A stretch of 64,000 nt of DNA from Paraspadella gotoi (Eukaryota; Animalia; Chaetognatha): positions 13,339,081-13,403,080 of the forward strand of contig CM119267.1 of NCBI GenBank assembly GCA_051294375.1, in the 5' to 3' direction. The notes below the pieces were generated by a model, which saw nothing but the letters and a program-made list of their open reading frames with translations, did not search any database and was not told the origin of the DNA. The translations under genes were made by a program, and so were the position numbers. Below are positions 47,241-57,716 of the stretch, in pieces; the stretch's first letter is position 1, and every line of letters begins with the position of its first letter.

Positions 47241-48250
47241 TAACTTATGTCTCCAAATAATTGTTAATGTCAAACGATGATGAAAACTTGAACTCTAAGA
47301 ATCGAAACATGTCTGTCTTTACTATCATTAAGAAATTGTTGTAAAAATAACAAATTGAACTTTTGTCTTCACAAAATACATTTATAACAACGAAAAGAGA
47401 GAAACTTACACAGAAAAAATCTATAAATCAATCAAACTTACACAGAAAAAATCTATAAATCAATTGATCAATTGATCATTACCGGTAGCAGCGACAATAC
47501 CAACAGGCATAATATGGTAAACTGGTATAATTTTATCAACTGGCATAATTTGGTCAACTGGCCTAATTTGATCAACTGATATGATTTATTCAACTTGCAT
47601 AATTTGGTCAACTTACAAAATGTGGTCAACTGGCATAATTTGATCAACTGGCATAATTTGGTCAACTGGCATAATTTTCTCAACTGGCATAATTTGGTCA
47701 ACTGGCATAATTTTATCAACTGGCATAATTTTAACAACTAGCAGAATTTGGTCAACTAGCAGAATTTGGTCACTTTAATGATTTGGTCTACTGGCATAAT
47801 TTGGTCACCTGGCATAATTTGGTCAAGTAATTAAACAATCAATCAATAAATCAAAGAGAGATAGAGAGAAAGAAACTTTTATAAATTCAAATAAATGTGT
47901 CTTTGGGTTTTCTAATTTTAACTGCTTTCCACTACTACGATTCCATAAAAAATTTATATCGAGCTTAATCACATACTTTCGTATCCACACACAAAATTTC
48001 ATTTAAATTTATCCATCCAATTTTTAATAAATATAATAATTATAAGTAAATATAAGTAAAAATACTTCCAGTAAATATAACTTTTGTTTTTCCATTTAAA
48101 CTCATTTCCAATCGCACGAATCCATCGAAACTTTATATCCACTAGATATTATCCAGCTCAATCACACCACCTACCCACACTCAAAATTTCATTCCAATTC
48201 ATCCATCCAATCACGAGTAATTGGAGTTTAATGAAAATGTGGGACGGACC
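46936..48250 (+). mobile_element. DINE-1/Helentron-like element interrupted by a decayed hammerhead-bearing insertion (about 47090-47405)
   Basis: Starts AACAAGTTTGAGCAAACAATGTCGGATC; 18-bp array (GGTCAACTGGCATAATTT)n at about 47505-47826; degenerate core ATGATGA...GAAACATGTC at 47277-47313. Confidence 0.7.
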
Positions 48251-49180
48251 CCTTGAAGATAAATAAAAACGTGGCTAATCTCAACATCGAAGTCACTCGT
48301 TTCACCCGCCAGCAGCGAAAGAATGAAAACAGAGCGAACAAGTGAACATCCGCCGGGGAAAGATAATTAGCGAAACTACGAACGTGCGAAATTGGAGGAT
48401 CAAACCAAAACAAAAATGAAAGATGAAGAAAAAAAGAAGGAAGGAAATAAGAAAAGAAAATCTCAAGAAGGAAGAAGAAAAGAAGCTAGGAACTTTTTCT
48501 CCGGAGGAGTCAATTATTCCGCCGAAAGAATTTCGGGGGGGGGGTTGCGGGGGTTGCGGGGGCCAAAAAGCGGGTGGAATAGGAAAAGCTCATTGTGGTC
48601 CTCGTTTTGATAGTTTTGGTCGCTTTTGTGATGTTAGACTTTTAATATTCGCTGTAATAATTGCTTTTACTTAATATATTTATTAACTATGTCTATTTTG
48701 TTATCAAATAATTTCGAAAAATAAAAAAATTGATGTAAAACATCATCAACAACTTCAAATTATATTTATTTATCACCCTTCGGAGTGTACTAAATTTTTT
48801 CTAAAAATTTTCTAATATCTATATCATTATCTATATTCAAATTATCTATATTTTTATATTGGTTGTACCAATTTCATATCAACATTACTTTTTTGAATAA
48901 AAAAAATATATAAAATGGAAAACAAAAATAGCGAGCTTCCCGCTATCGACGTCTTTTGTTTCACCTCTGCATATTTTAAAGATTCGAGGGGGAAGACCTT
49001 TGTTTTCTTGTTTGCGTTCTTGTCTTCATTATCCCTCTAACCTCAAAGTAACAAAAAACAAACTCAGTTCTGGCGTAGTTTCTCCTCTGGCTGGAACATT
49101 ACACGCGCGGGGTAAATCAGGCGAGATGGGGTGAGAAAGATGGATAGCGTGACTAACGTGAGTCTGAGAGAGAGGAGAGA

Positions 49181-49237
<57 letters not shown>

Positions 49238-49743
49238 CTAGACAGGCCTTCAACGGCGATCTAAAGGTCAAGGCCAGGTGTGCCTTATAGGGATGTCGAA
49301 TCATCTTGGGGTGAGTTTTTGAGTCACTCTCTACGAGATAATGAGATTTGGGCGATAGCGCAACGGAGAGAGAGAACACTTGCGTGCGAACAAAAGGAAG
49401 AGAGAGAGAGAGAGAGAGTCGTCAACGTCGTTTCACGGGTTTTAGCCTGACGAAAACGGTAGCGGTAGTCGTAAAAGTTCTTTTCGCGAGGAGAGTGGAT
49501 TTAAGGATTAAACGTCTTAAAAGGAAAAACATTAAATAAAACGTTACGCGTTCTTTCTCTTCTTTTTTTGACGGGGAAAAAAAATTGAAGAAATACGACG
49601 TATCTCTGTTTTGGACTGTTTTTTCCACTTCTACTTACTCTCTTTCATTCTGTATTTCATCTTTTCTTTCTTTCTTTCTTTCTTTCTTTCTTTTTCTTTT
49701 TTTTAGTGTTTTACTTACCCCCTGAAATTGTACTTTTTTTTCA

Positions 49744-50062
49744 TTTATAAAATTGATACAACCAATATAAAAATTATCCTTGCATTTAATAAATAAGCTA
49801 TCTTGCCCCTAACATTGGACTTCGGCCTCCATCACTCTTACAAGATAATAACATAGTAGGCCCCTGCTAGCTTTTAATCTACCATAGTACCTAATTGTAT
49901 GAAAAGACCACTCCCTTAAGTATTAGATCGGGGAATAATCTTGTACTCCGCATTCACATCAAAATATAAGGAGCTGAATTTTATAGAATTGGTACAACCA
50001 ATATAAAAATTATCTATTCATTTAATAAATAAGCTATCTTGCCCCTGTCTTTGGACAGGCTT
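49744..50062 (-). mobile_element. Second copy of the terminal-direct-repeat element at 8706-9102
   Basis: Reverse-complement homology including both direct repeats. Confidence 0.75.
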
Positions 50063-50119
50063 GAATAATTATGATATCAATTATATATATTATATTATAT
50101 TATATTTGGGTAACAATAA

Positions 50120-50545
50120 TTTTTAGTCGGATCTGCTGATAAGCAGATCCCGACTGTAATTTACTTTGTTGGTCCGTCGGTCTGCCCCTCCAATCTTGTC
50201 GGGCTTTCACTTATATCATGTCATAACATCGAATTATGATAAATTATGCCATTGTATTATTCCTTTCTGTTTCGTTGAGTACAGAGACTAAGAAATAGTA
50301 TGAAATTTGTTTCTTCAACGAATTTGTTTTATTAAAAACGGACATGTTTCGACTCTTCATCGGCGTTGATAAATTTTGCAAAAAAAATGATGTCCGTCCG
50401 TCTGTCTGTCCGTCCTACCTTAGCAAAAAACACCAATTACTCGTGATTTGATGGATGGATTAGAATGAAATTTTGTGTGTGGGTAGGAAAGTGTGTGATT
50501 GAGTTGCAAATCAAGTTTTGATGGAATCGTCCGAGTGGATGATTA
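50120..50545 (-). mobile_element. DINE-1/Helentron-like 3' part carrying a nested hammerhead-family insertion (50250-50366)
   Basis: The empty site GAATTATGATAAATTATGCAAAA is visible in the 32300-32340 copy. Here TGATAAATT(A/T)TGC is duplicated around the insert. Confidence 0.75.
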
Positions 50546-50617
50546 ATATTTTGTAGAATTTTGTAAGCATTCTTGTAAAAGAAAACAAGCAAATATTTAA
50601 GTGAAAAAAAAATACAT

Positions 50618-50851
50618 TAAGAGACAGTAATTATTGTTATGTGTTAGTGACAAAACCGTTCAATATAAGCAGTCCCTGAGCTTCGGATCAGGCTTTAACA
50701 CCGTGTTACAGGCGGGTTAAGCGCCCCGTCCCTCCTAACTGCGAGGCGACCGCCGGGCTAGAACCCCGGACCTTTGGGTTGGGAGGAAAATGACTTGCCT
50801 CCTGCACCAAGGGGCCGCTGATGGACGGTTGGTGGATTTTAGACCACCATA
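50618..50851 (-). mobile_element. Solo tRNA-containing LTR
   Basis: Full-length homology to the 51788-52445 LTRs; ACAT TSD (50614-50617, 50852-50855). Confidence 0.85.
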
Positions 50852-51169
50852 ACATTTTTTATTATCCAAAAAACTTATAAATTTTAGCCTTTTTTTTCAA
50901 AATCATTAAAAAGAATTTCTTTTTCATTTATTCTTCTGGGGTATCATTAGTTTCAAAATTTTTTATACTTTTGACTTACTTTTACACTCCCCCTGTAAGG
51001 AGGTTCGAGGAAAAATGATTTAAAATTTGTAACTTGTATATGTCCTATGATTATGGCTTCATTTTGGTACTATTGCCATCCCTGTATCTTGTGTTCCTTT
51101 GAAAGATATTATGAAAAATCAGTTTTTTCTCACAACCTTCCTTTTAATTTCTTTTTAAATAAAAAAATT

Positions 51170-51470
51170 TGCGATGAGCAGCCTGAGACGGATTCGAAGG
51201 AAGACGACGGCATCAACGCCGTCGCCGCCAATCGGAAGAAAAATTTCAAGAGAAAAAAGAAACAGCATGAAGCTCCAAAGGGAAAACCAAAGCCCAAGCT
51301 CCTCACTTTATGCCAGAAACACGTAAAGTTTGGCGACGACGCCTGGAGTTGTGAACCAGGATGCTCGAAATACGAGGAGACCCAGAGAAAACGCGAGGGA
51401 AACGGCAAAGGGGGACGACGTCGGTGAATGCCGTCCCCCAATCTTCAAATCGATCACCGACGCAAAACGG
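51170..51470 (+). pseudogene. Gypsy-type gag C-terminal relic with a gag/pol slippery site
   Basis: LCQKHVKFGDDAWSCEPGC...GN fits the CxxHxxFGxxAxxCxxxC gag knuckle. G GGA AAC heptamer in the correct phase at 51397-51403. Confidence 0.7.
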
Positions 51471-51787
51471 CTACCACTTCATTTAAACCTGATCGTTTGT
51501 CCCTAAGACATCATGAAATAAAAAGAGAAAAATAGGTCAAGCTCTTGGGACACGAGGCTTTTGGAATCTCATAATTCAAAGTACCATTTATAATGCTAAC
51601 ATACCGTAATCCCGTTTGTAATTTTAAAAAAGTAAAATTTTCCTCTCATTTCTATAGTAAAAAGAAGTTTGAAAATCCTCCAGAGATGAGTAGTCCATTT
51701 CTCCTGGCTCGTTTGATAGTAAATTCTTTATCAAATGCTACAAGAACAAAAAGTCGAGCTCTTGAGATGCAACGCTATCGGAATCGT

Positions 51788-52445
51788 TGAAGAGACAGTA
51801 ATTATTGATAAGTGTTAATGACAGAAACCGTTCAATATAAGCAGTCCCTGAGCTTCGGATCAGGCTGTAACACCATGTTACAGGCGGGTTAAGCGCCCCG
51901 TCCCTCTTAACTGCCAGACGACCACCGGGCTAGAACCCCGGACCTTTGGGTTGGGAGGCGAATGACTTGCCTCCGGCACCAATGGCCGCTGATGAACGAT
52001 TGGTGGATTTTAGTCCCCCATACATCCCCCCCTCCCGTAGGGAGAAGTCTGTTGCGTCTCTTCAGTGAATTGTTGTTTTGTTGGGGAAAGTTCGTCACCA
52101 AAGTTGAGGCATTGTTGCCTGATGTGTTGTGGGCGGAAAGTGCATCGCCAGGTTGAGGCATGTCGCCTGAAAGTGTTGTTGTTGCTGTTGTGTTCGGAAG
52201 TCGGGCTCACCAATGAAGAGACAGTAATTATTGATAGTGTTAATGACAGAACCGTTCAATATAAGCAGTCCCTGAGCTTCGGATCAGGCTGTAACACCAT
52301 GTTACAGGCGGGTTAAGCACCCCGTCCCTCTTAACTGCCAGACGACCACCGGGCTAGAACCCCGGACCTTTGGGTTGGGAGGCGAATGACTTGCCTCCGG
52401 CACCAATGGCCGCTGATGAACGGTTGGTGAATTTAGTCCACCATA
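51788..52445 (-). mobile_element. Complete TRIM (658 bp) with a tRNA-derived segment in each LTR (Helenus-like)
   Basis: LTRs 52214-52445 and 51788-52022; PBS TGGTGAGCCCGAC (52200-52212); PPT GGGAGGGGGGGA (52025-52036); TSD TCGT/TCGG; 72-nt tRNA-like fold at 52342-52413. Confidence 0.9.
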
Positions 52446-55363
52446 TCGGATGCCCCGTTTTTACAACTGTTTTCTACCGGAATTTCTTGCAGGACCATTT
52501 GTAAAGTTGGGCAGTCTGATTTGAACGATTTGAAAGATTTTCGCCTAAAGCCAATAAATTAATCGTTCTCGTTGTCCTCTTTGCCATTATCGTCGACTCG
52601 TCGTAGTCAGTGATGAAAAAACCTAAAAACCAACAAGTCGGATCAAATTAAATATTAAATAAATTAATTAATTGGCTGATTAATTAATTAACATTAATTA
52701 TCGCTAATGATCGTGGGCAGATCCGGCATTGTTTGCTCAAACTTGTTTTTCCTCTATTCTACTCCTTTCCTCCCTTCCTTCACTTATCAATATTTCCCAC
52801 ATTCGCCCGGCATTTTTCTTTTTTTATTATTGGCAAAAGGAAGGAATTTGCGATAACCGATAAAGAATCCCGGATAAAGAATTTTCAAGAGAGGATCACG
52901 CGAGATAGCGCCGCCTATGATCTGCCCGTTGACTTTTAGTCAATTATCGAGCGCCATCCAGCGATAATCTACGAAATAGAATCGAAATAGAAGGAAAAAA
53001 AATAAATCGTCGTTAAACAGCAACAGTCAGAGATTTCTGCAGCACAAACGAAGTTGTCACTATCTGAGCCAATGCCTCGCCTGCAATAATTTGAACTGCA
53101 GCATTTGAACGACGCATCGCAGGACACGATTCACATTGGCATCGTTATGCATTACGCATCGTTAGTCTTATTTATCTATTTAGTAATTTACATTGCCCAC
53201 ATAAAACCAACTACATTAGCCTAATTCACCTTGACGACAGCTTGCATGAGCCTAAGCTTTAACTTTGTCAATGCCCCTGTGCAGTTTGCACATTATTGTC
53301 TCATTCATCCATAGACCCAATCACCCTTGACCTTGGTCTTAATAGCCCCCTTGGCCCGACTCTCTCTCAATATTGACCATTAGCGCGGAGCATAAATATA
53401 AGATATGATATATGACTTCTTGTGCTCCTTAATTTTTTGTATTTGATATAGTCCAAGATGAACAAAATGAAAATTTATAGAAAAATATCAAAATTTGATA
53501 TGAAAGAAAGCTGGTTAAAGTTCACTTTTTTAAGTGAAATATAGCTAAAACATAGAACATAAACCAGTTTTTATCTATAAAAAACATTAAAAAATCGGTT
53601 TATATAAATATTGACTGATTCTAAAAGATAAATATTTTCAAGAAAATTGCTAAAAATTAAGCAAAATAGAAAATAATACCAAGCCCCATAACGCAGTCAA
53701 TATTCTGTTTAAAGCTTATAAAAGCTTTTAGTAGCTACATTAAAATTCATACAGCTTATAATAAGCTTTCCCAAAAAAATATTAGTTTACTTACCATAGG
53801 GCTTACCCATTTATATTCTTCCTCCCTTCCTTAGATCGCTCTGGCCGATCTGTCTTTTTTTTTTCATAATGAAAAAAAATTCTAATGGAAGATTGGTAAA
53901 ATCGTTTTAATTTAGAACTACTCTGTTAAAAATTATTACAATTAATAATAAAAATAATGGCTATCACAATTTGTACAGCAAAATTAATTTTAGATCAGAG
54001 GATGTTTTATGACCATTTTCATAAACCTTTATAAATTTTGTTTAATATTTTTTTGGCTTATTTTAGTTTGTATAACAAGGATTTTAAGAATATAGAATGA
54101 GTTGGTCAGTTTATTTATAAACAAATAATTTGGCGATGAGATGAAAGTATGAATGAATTTTTATGGTACCAACAACTTTTAAAGATCAAATTCCTCCTTT
54201 TAATTTTGTGGCTTTTATTTACACAAAACCTTTCAGGTAAGACGCCACATTATCTAATAAAATTTTTTTCCTTTCATACTGTTTCCCTGATTCTTTTTCT
54301 TCATCCCTTTTCTTCTCTGTGTTTCTATTTTATCTTCCTCTTTCCTCCCCTACTTTTCACGCCGTAACTTACCTTTTCTACGACCCTACCCTTCTCTACC
54401 ACTATTTGACTTTCCTTATCCTTTTTTCTCGCCTTCTTTTCTCTTTTCTTTCTTTTCTCCTTTTTTCCCCCCTCTTTTTCTTTCCATTTTTCCTTTCTTT
54501 TTTCGCCTTTCCATTATCTCCTTATTTTTTTTCCCCTTTGCCTTTATGCTTTTCCCCCTTTCTCTCTCATTCTCTCCCCTTCTCCTTTTCTTGTTCTCCC
54601 TTTCCTGTTCCCTCCAACTACTTTTCTGCATTTACATTTAGCCAAATCAAAGAATTTCATTAATATGCATTATAAGAAACGAAATTTATGGTATCTCATG
54701 ATTTTATTTCAATTTTGGTTGCCAAGCAGATTTAGTAAATCGACAGATTTTGCGGAAAAGAAAAAAGTCCTGACGCTTTCCATTGGTTTAAAAGGATGCA
54801 GTTTTTTTTTCTTAACATCAGTATGTTCCTCAACTGTTAAAACTATAAATAAATTTAAAATTTTATCTTTATTAAAAATAAATGCAAGTCACAAAAAGTC
54901 ATAAATTAATTGTCTTTAAAAATTATTTATGCCTAAACAAAAAGAGTTACTTTGATAATTTTTTAGGTTTTAAAAGCTTATTCTGTGGGCTATATTTTCT
55001 GTTAGTTTAAGCCAATTTAAACTATTTTTGTTTAATAAATTATAATAAAAACTAAAACTGCTTCTTTTTGACTTGTCAACTTTAAAATTAATTCATAAGT
55101 GAACTATGAATGATATAAGGAAAATATTTTACTCAAAATAAAAAATAAAAAAAATTTCTCAACTTTCCTTGGCATTTAAAATTGAAGACGAAACTGAAAA
55201 TGGACAAAAATGAACATGATTTTTTTCCCTAAAAGTTGCAAAAAAGTTACTCTTATATGATTAGAAATAGCAAGAGATGGTTTTAATCAATCCGTATTTT
55301 GACCTAATTTATATTATGGTGCGAATTAAATTAATTTTGTGAATAGTAACTGAACAATACTGG

Positions 55364-55800
55364 AACAAGTTTGAGCAAACAATGTCAGATAATTATCGGT
55401 AATTAATTAATTAATTAATAAATAATTAGTAATTAATTCAAGTTAATTAATTAGTTAATTAATTAATAATTAATTTATTCAAGTTAATTATTTAAATAAT
55501 GAGGCAATTAATTAATTAGATTCAAAAAGTTTGTTTTGATTGATAAATTGACTGATTAATTGATTATTGATTAATTAATTGACTAATTGATTAATTAACT
55601 TATTAATTTTTTGATTAATTAATACATCTTGCATTTACATTTAAAATAAAAAGAAGCATAATCAATTAGTGAAACAGGTTCTTTGTTTTTTCCATTTAAA
55701 CTCATTTCCACTCAAACGATTCCATCGAAACGATTTCCAGTTTAATCACACACTTTTCTACCCAAATATAAAATTTCAAGTCAATCGCCCCATCCACAAT
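55364..55800 (+). mobile_element. DINE-1/Helentron-like element (degenerate)
   Basis: AACAAGTTTGAGCAAACAATGTC start, (TAAT)n region and core block CCATTTAAACTCATTTCCACTC. Terminal fragments also near 52715 and 63675. Confidence 0.6.
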
Positions 55801-56610
55801 AGGCCTTAGCAAATTTTTTAAAACTTTTTTACAGAATTTAGCACTATAGTACAAATTAGTCCCCTATATGCTACTAATTTTTTTACATCTTTGTTTTTTG
55901 AAAAATCGATCAATAAGTACTTGCAACTCTTCAAAATTTGAAAAAAAAACGGTTTTTTTCATTAAAAATGATAGATATCTTAAAAAATATCAGTCGGAAT
56001 CAAATTTAACCTGCGTCAACTTAAAGAGCGGAAAAATACTTCATTTTACATACTTTATTTTTAAAAATCCAAAAAATACTTTTCCAATTATTGATGTTTA
56101 AAAAACCGAATTCTTGGCATTTTTAAGTGAAATTTTTTGTTTTTCCCTTTATAAGCTATGTACCAGAATGAAGAGAGTTTCAGCGGAGAGACATGCGCTT
56201 CATCCCCTGCTTCGTACTCTCATATGTGAGAGTCCTGGGGGCGGCTGTCTGGTGGTCCTATCGCCACAGATGGATTAAAGCTGTTTCTTTCGCAGCGCCT
56301 CTGTGGACTAATGCACCATCCCAATGTGCGTCCCTGGTTCGAGCCCTGAGGTTGTCATGTAGAGAGTGGGATGGACCGGGTAACCCGCCTGTAGGCAAGG
56401 GCCTACTGCCAGATCCAAAGCTCTAGACTACATGAACAAATTGAACAAATTGAACATGCTGTCGCCACGAGGTGACACCGCTGTGGGTGTGGCGCCCTGT
56501 AAAACCAGCCTCTTCACAATAACACTTTAATATTCTGACACTCCCATGGTCACTAGAGCGTAGTGAAAGTGACATACTAAAATTTTAAATATCAATTATG
56601 AATAACATAC

Positions 56611-56806
56611 AATGGTGGACTAAAATCCACCAACCGTTCATCAGCAGCCATTGGTCCGGGGTTCTAGCCCGGTGGCCGCCTAGCAGTTAAGAGGGACGGG
56701 GCGCTTAACCCGCCTGTAACACGGTGTTACAGCCTGATCCGAAGCTCAGGGACTGCTTATATTGAACGGTTCTGTCATTAACACAACAATAATTACTGTC
56801 TCTTCA
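56611..56806 (+). mobile_element. Solo tRNA-family LTR with a deletion through the tRNA-like segment
   Basis: ATAC TSD (56607-56610, 56807-56810); the sequence jumps from CATTGGT to CCGGGGTTCTAG. Confidence 0.85.
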
Positions 56807-57366
56807 ATACCATCAGTGAACATTAATTTGTAAAAAAAATTAATTTTATGTTCTTCAATTTTTGCAGTAGGCTATATTTTATATAGTCAAAATAGGCTTT
56901 TCTTAATTTTGATTGCAGATTTGAATTCCTCGTCAAAGGTTGATAAAAGAAAATATAAATCATTTTTAAAAATTATTTCATTAAGTGATTTAAAAATTAA
57001 AAAAACTATATTTAATATATAAAATTTTAATTTTCAGCTTAAAATATAGTTTTTTTTATATTTGATCAACCTAATGAATGAATTTTTAAAAAAGAGTTAT
57101 ATTTCTTTATATCAACTTTTCATGACGAATCCAAATCTGCAAAAAAATCTTACATAAAACTATTTTGAAATTTTAACACTTATTGGATTAATATAAGTAT
57201 AAATATGGCCTACTGCGTAAATTGTAAATTATACATAAAAGTTAATTAGTATAATGTTGTTCGTTCCTCACTTTTAGAATTTTAATTAAAGTTAAATTTA
57301 GAATTTTTACTACACTCGCCCCCTTGACCCCGCTCAGCATGGCATATGTCGTTTAATTTGACCCGA

Positions 57367-57590
57367 CTCACCGTTGATGTTGGTCTTGAAAGCCCCATTG
57401 GCCCTTCTCACCTTTGACGTTGGCCTTGAAAGCCCCGATGGCCTTTCTCACCTTTGACGTTGGCCTTGAAAGCCCCGTTGGCCCTTCTCACCTTTGACGT
57501 TGGCCTGGAAAGCCCCGTTGGCCCTTCTCACCTTTGACGACGGCCTGGAAAGCCCCGTTGGCCCTTCTCACCTTTGACGTTGGCCTTAGT
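57367..57590 (-). repeat. 40-bp minisatellite spanning a DAAM exon/intron junction
   Basis: CTCACC recurs at 57367, 57407, 57447, 57487, 57527 and 57567. Confidence 0.95.
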
Positions 57591-57716
57591 CGCTCCCTTG
57601 GCCCGCGAAAGGTCGTCGACGACACCGACGACGTCGGGAAACTTCCGGTCGATGAAGTCGACGACGAAATGGAGGAGAGTCATGTTGCGGTCGACGGACG
57701 ACTTGGTGTCCTCCAA
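57572..57716 (-). CDS. DAAM: DAAM formin, FH2 exon (upstream exons not identified in the window)
   Basis: LEDTKSSVDRNMTLLHFVVDFIDRKFPDV matches DAAM DTKSSIDKNITLLHYL; CTTCAG acceptor, G|GTGAGA phase 1 donor. Confidence 0.9.

Noticed and set aside
52345-52365. CCGG-loop-CCGG resembling twister P4
   Set aside because: The twister UAA and pseudoknot partners are absent; it fits better as a tRNA T-arm.
52405-52445. CTGATGA in the TRIM LTR (+ strand) as a hammerhead core, which would make it an LTR retrozyme
   Set aside because: No stem II followed by GAAA and an NUH site, even if circularised. The motif is antisense to the element and part of a long-range helix.
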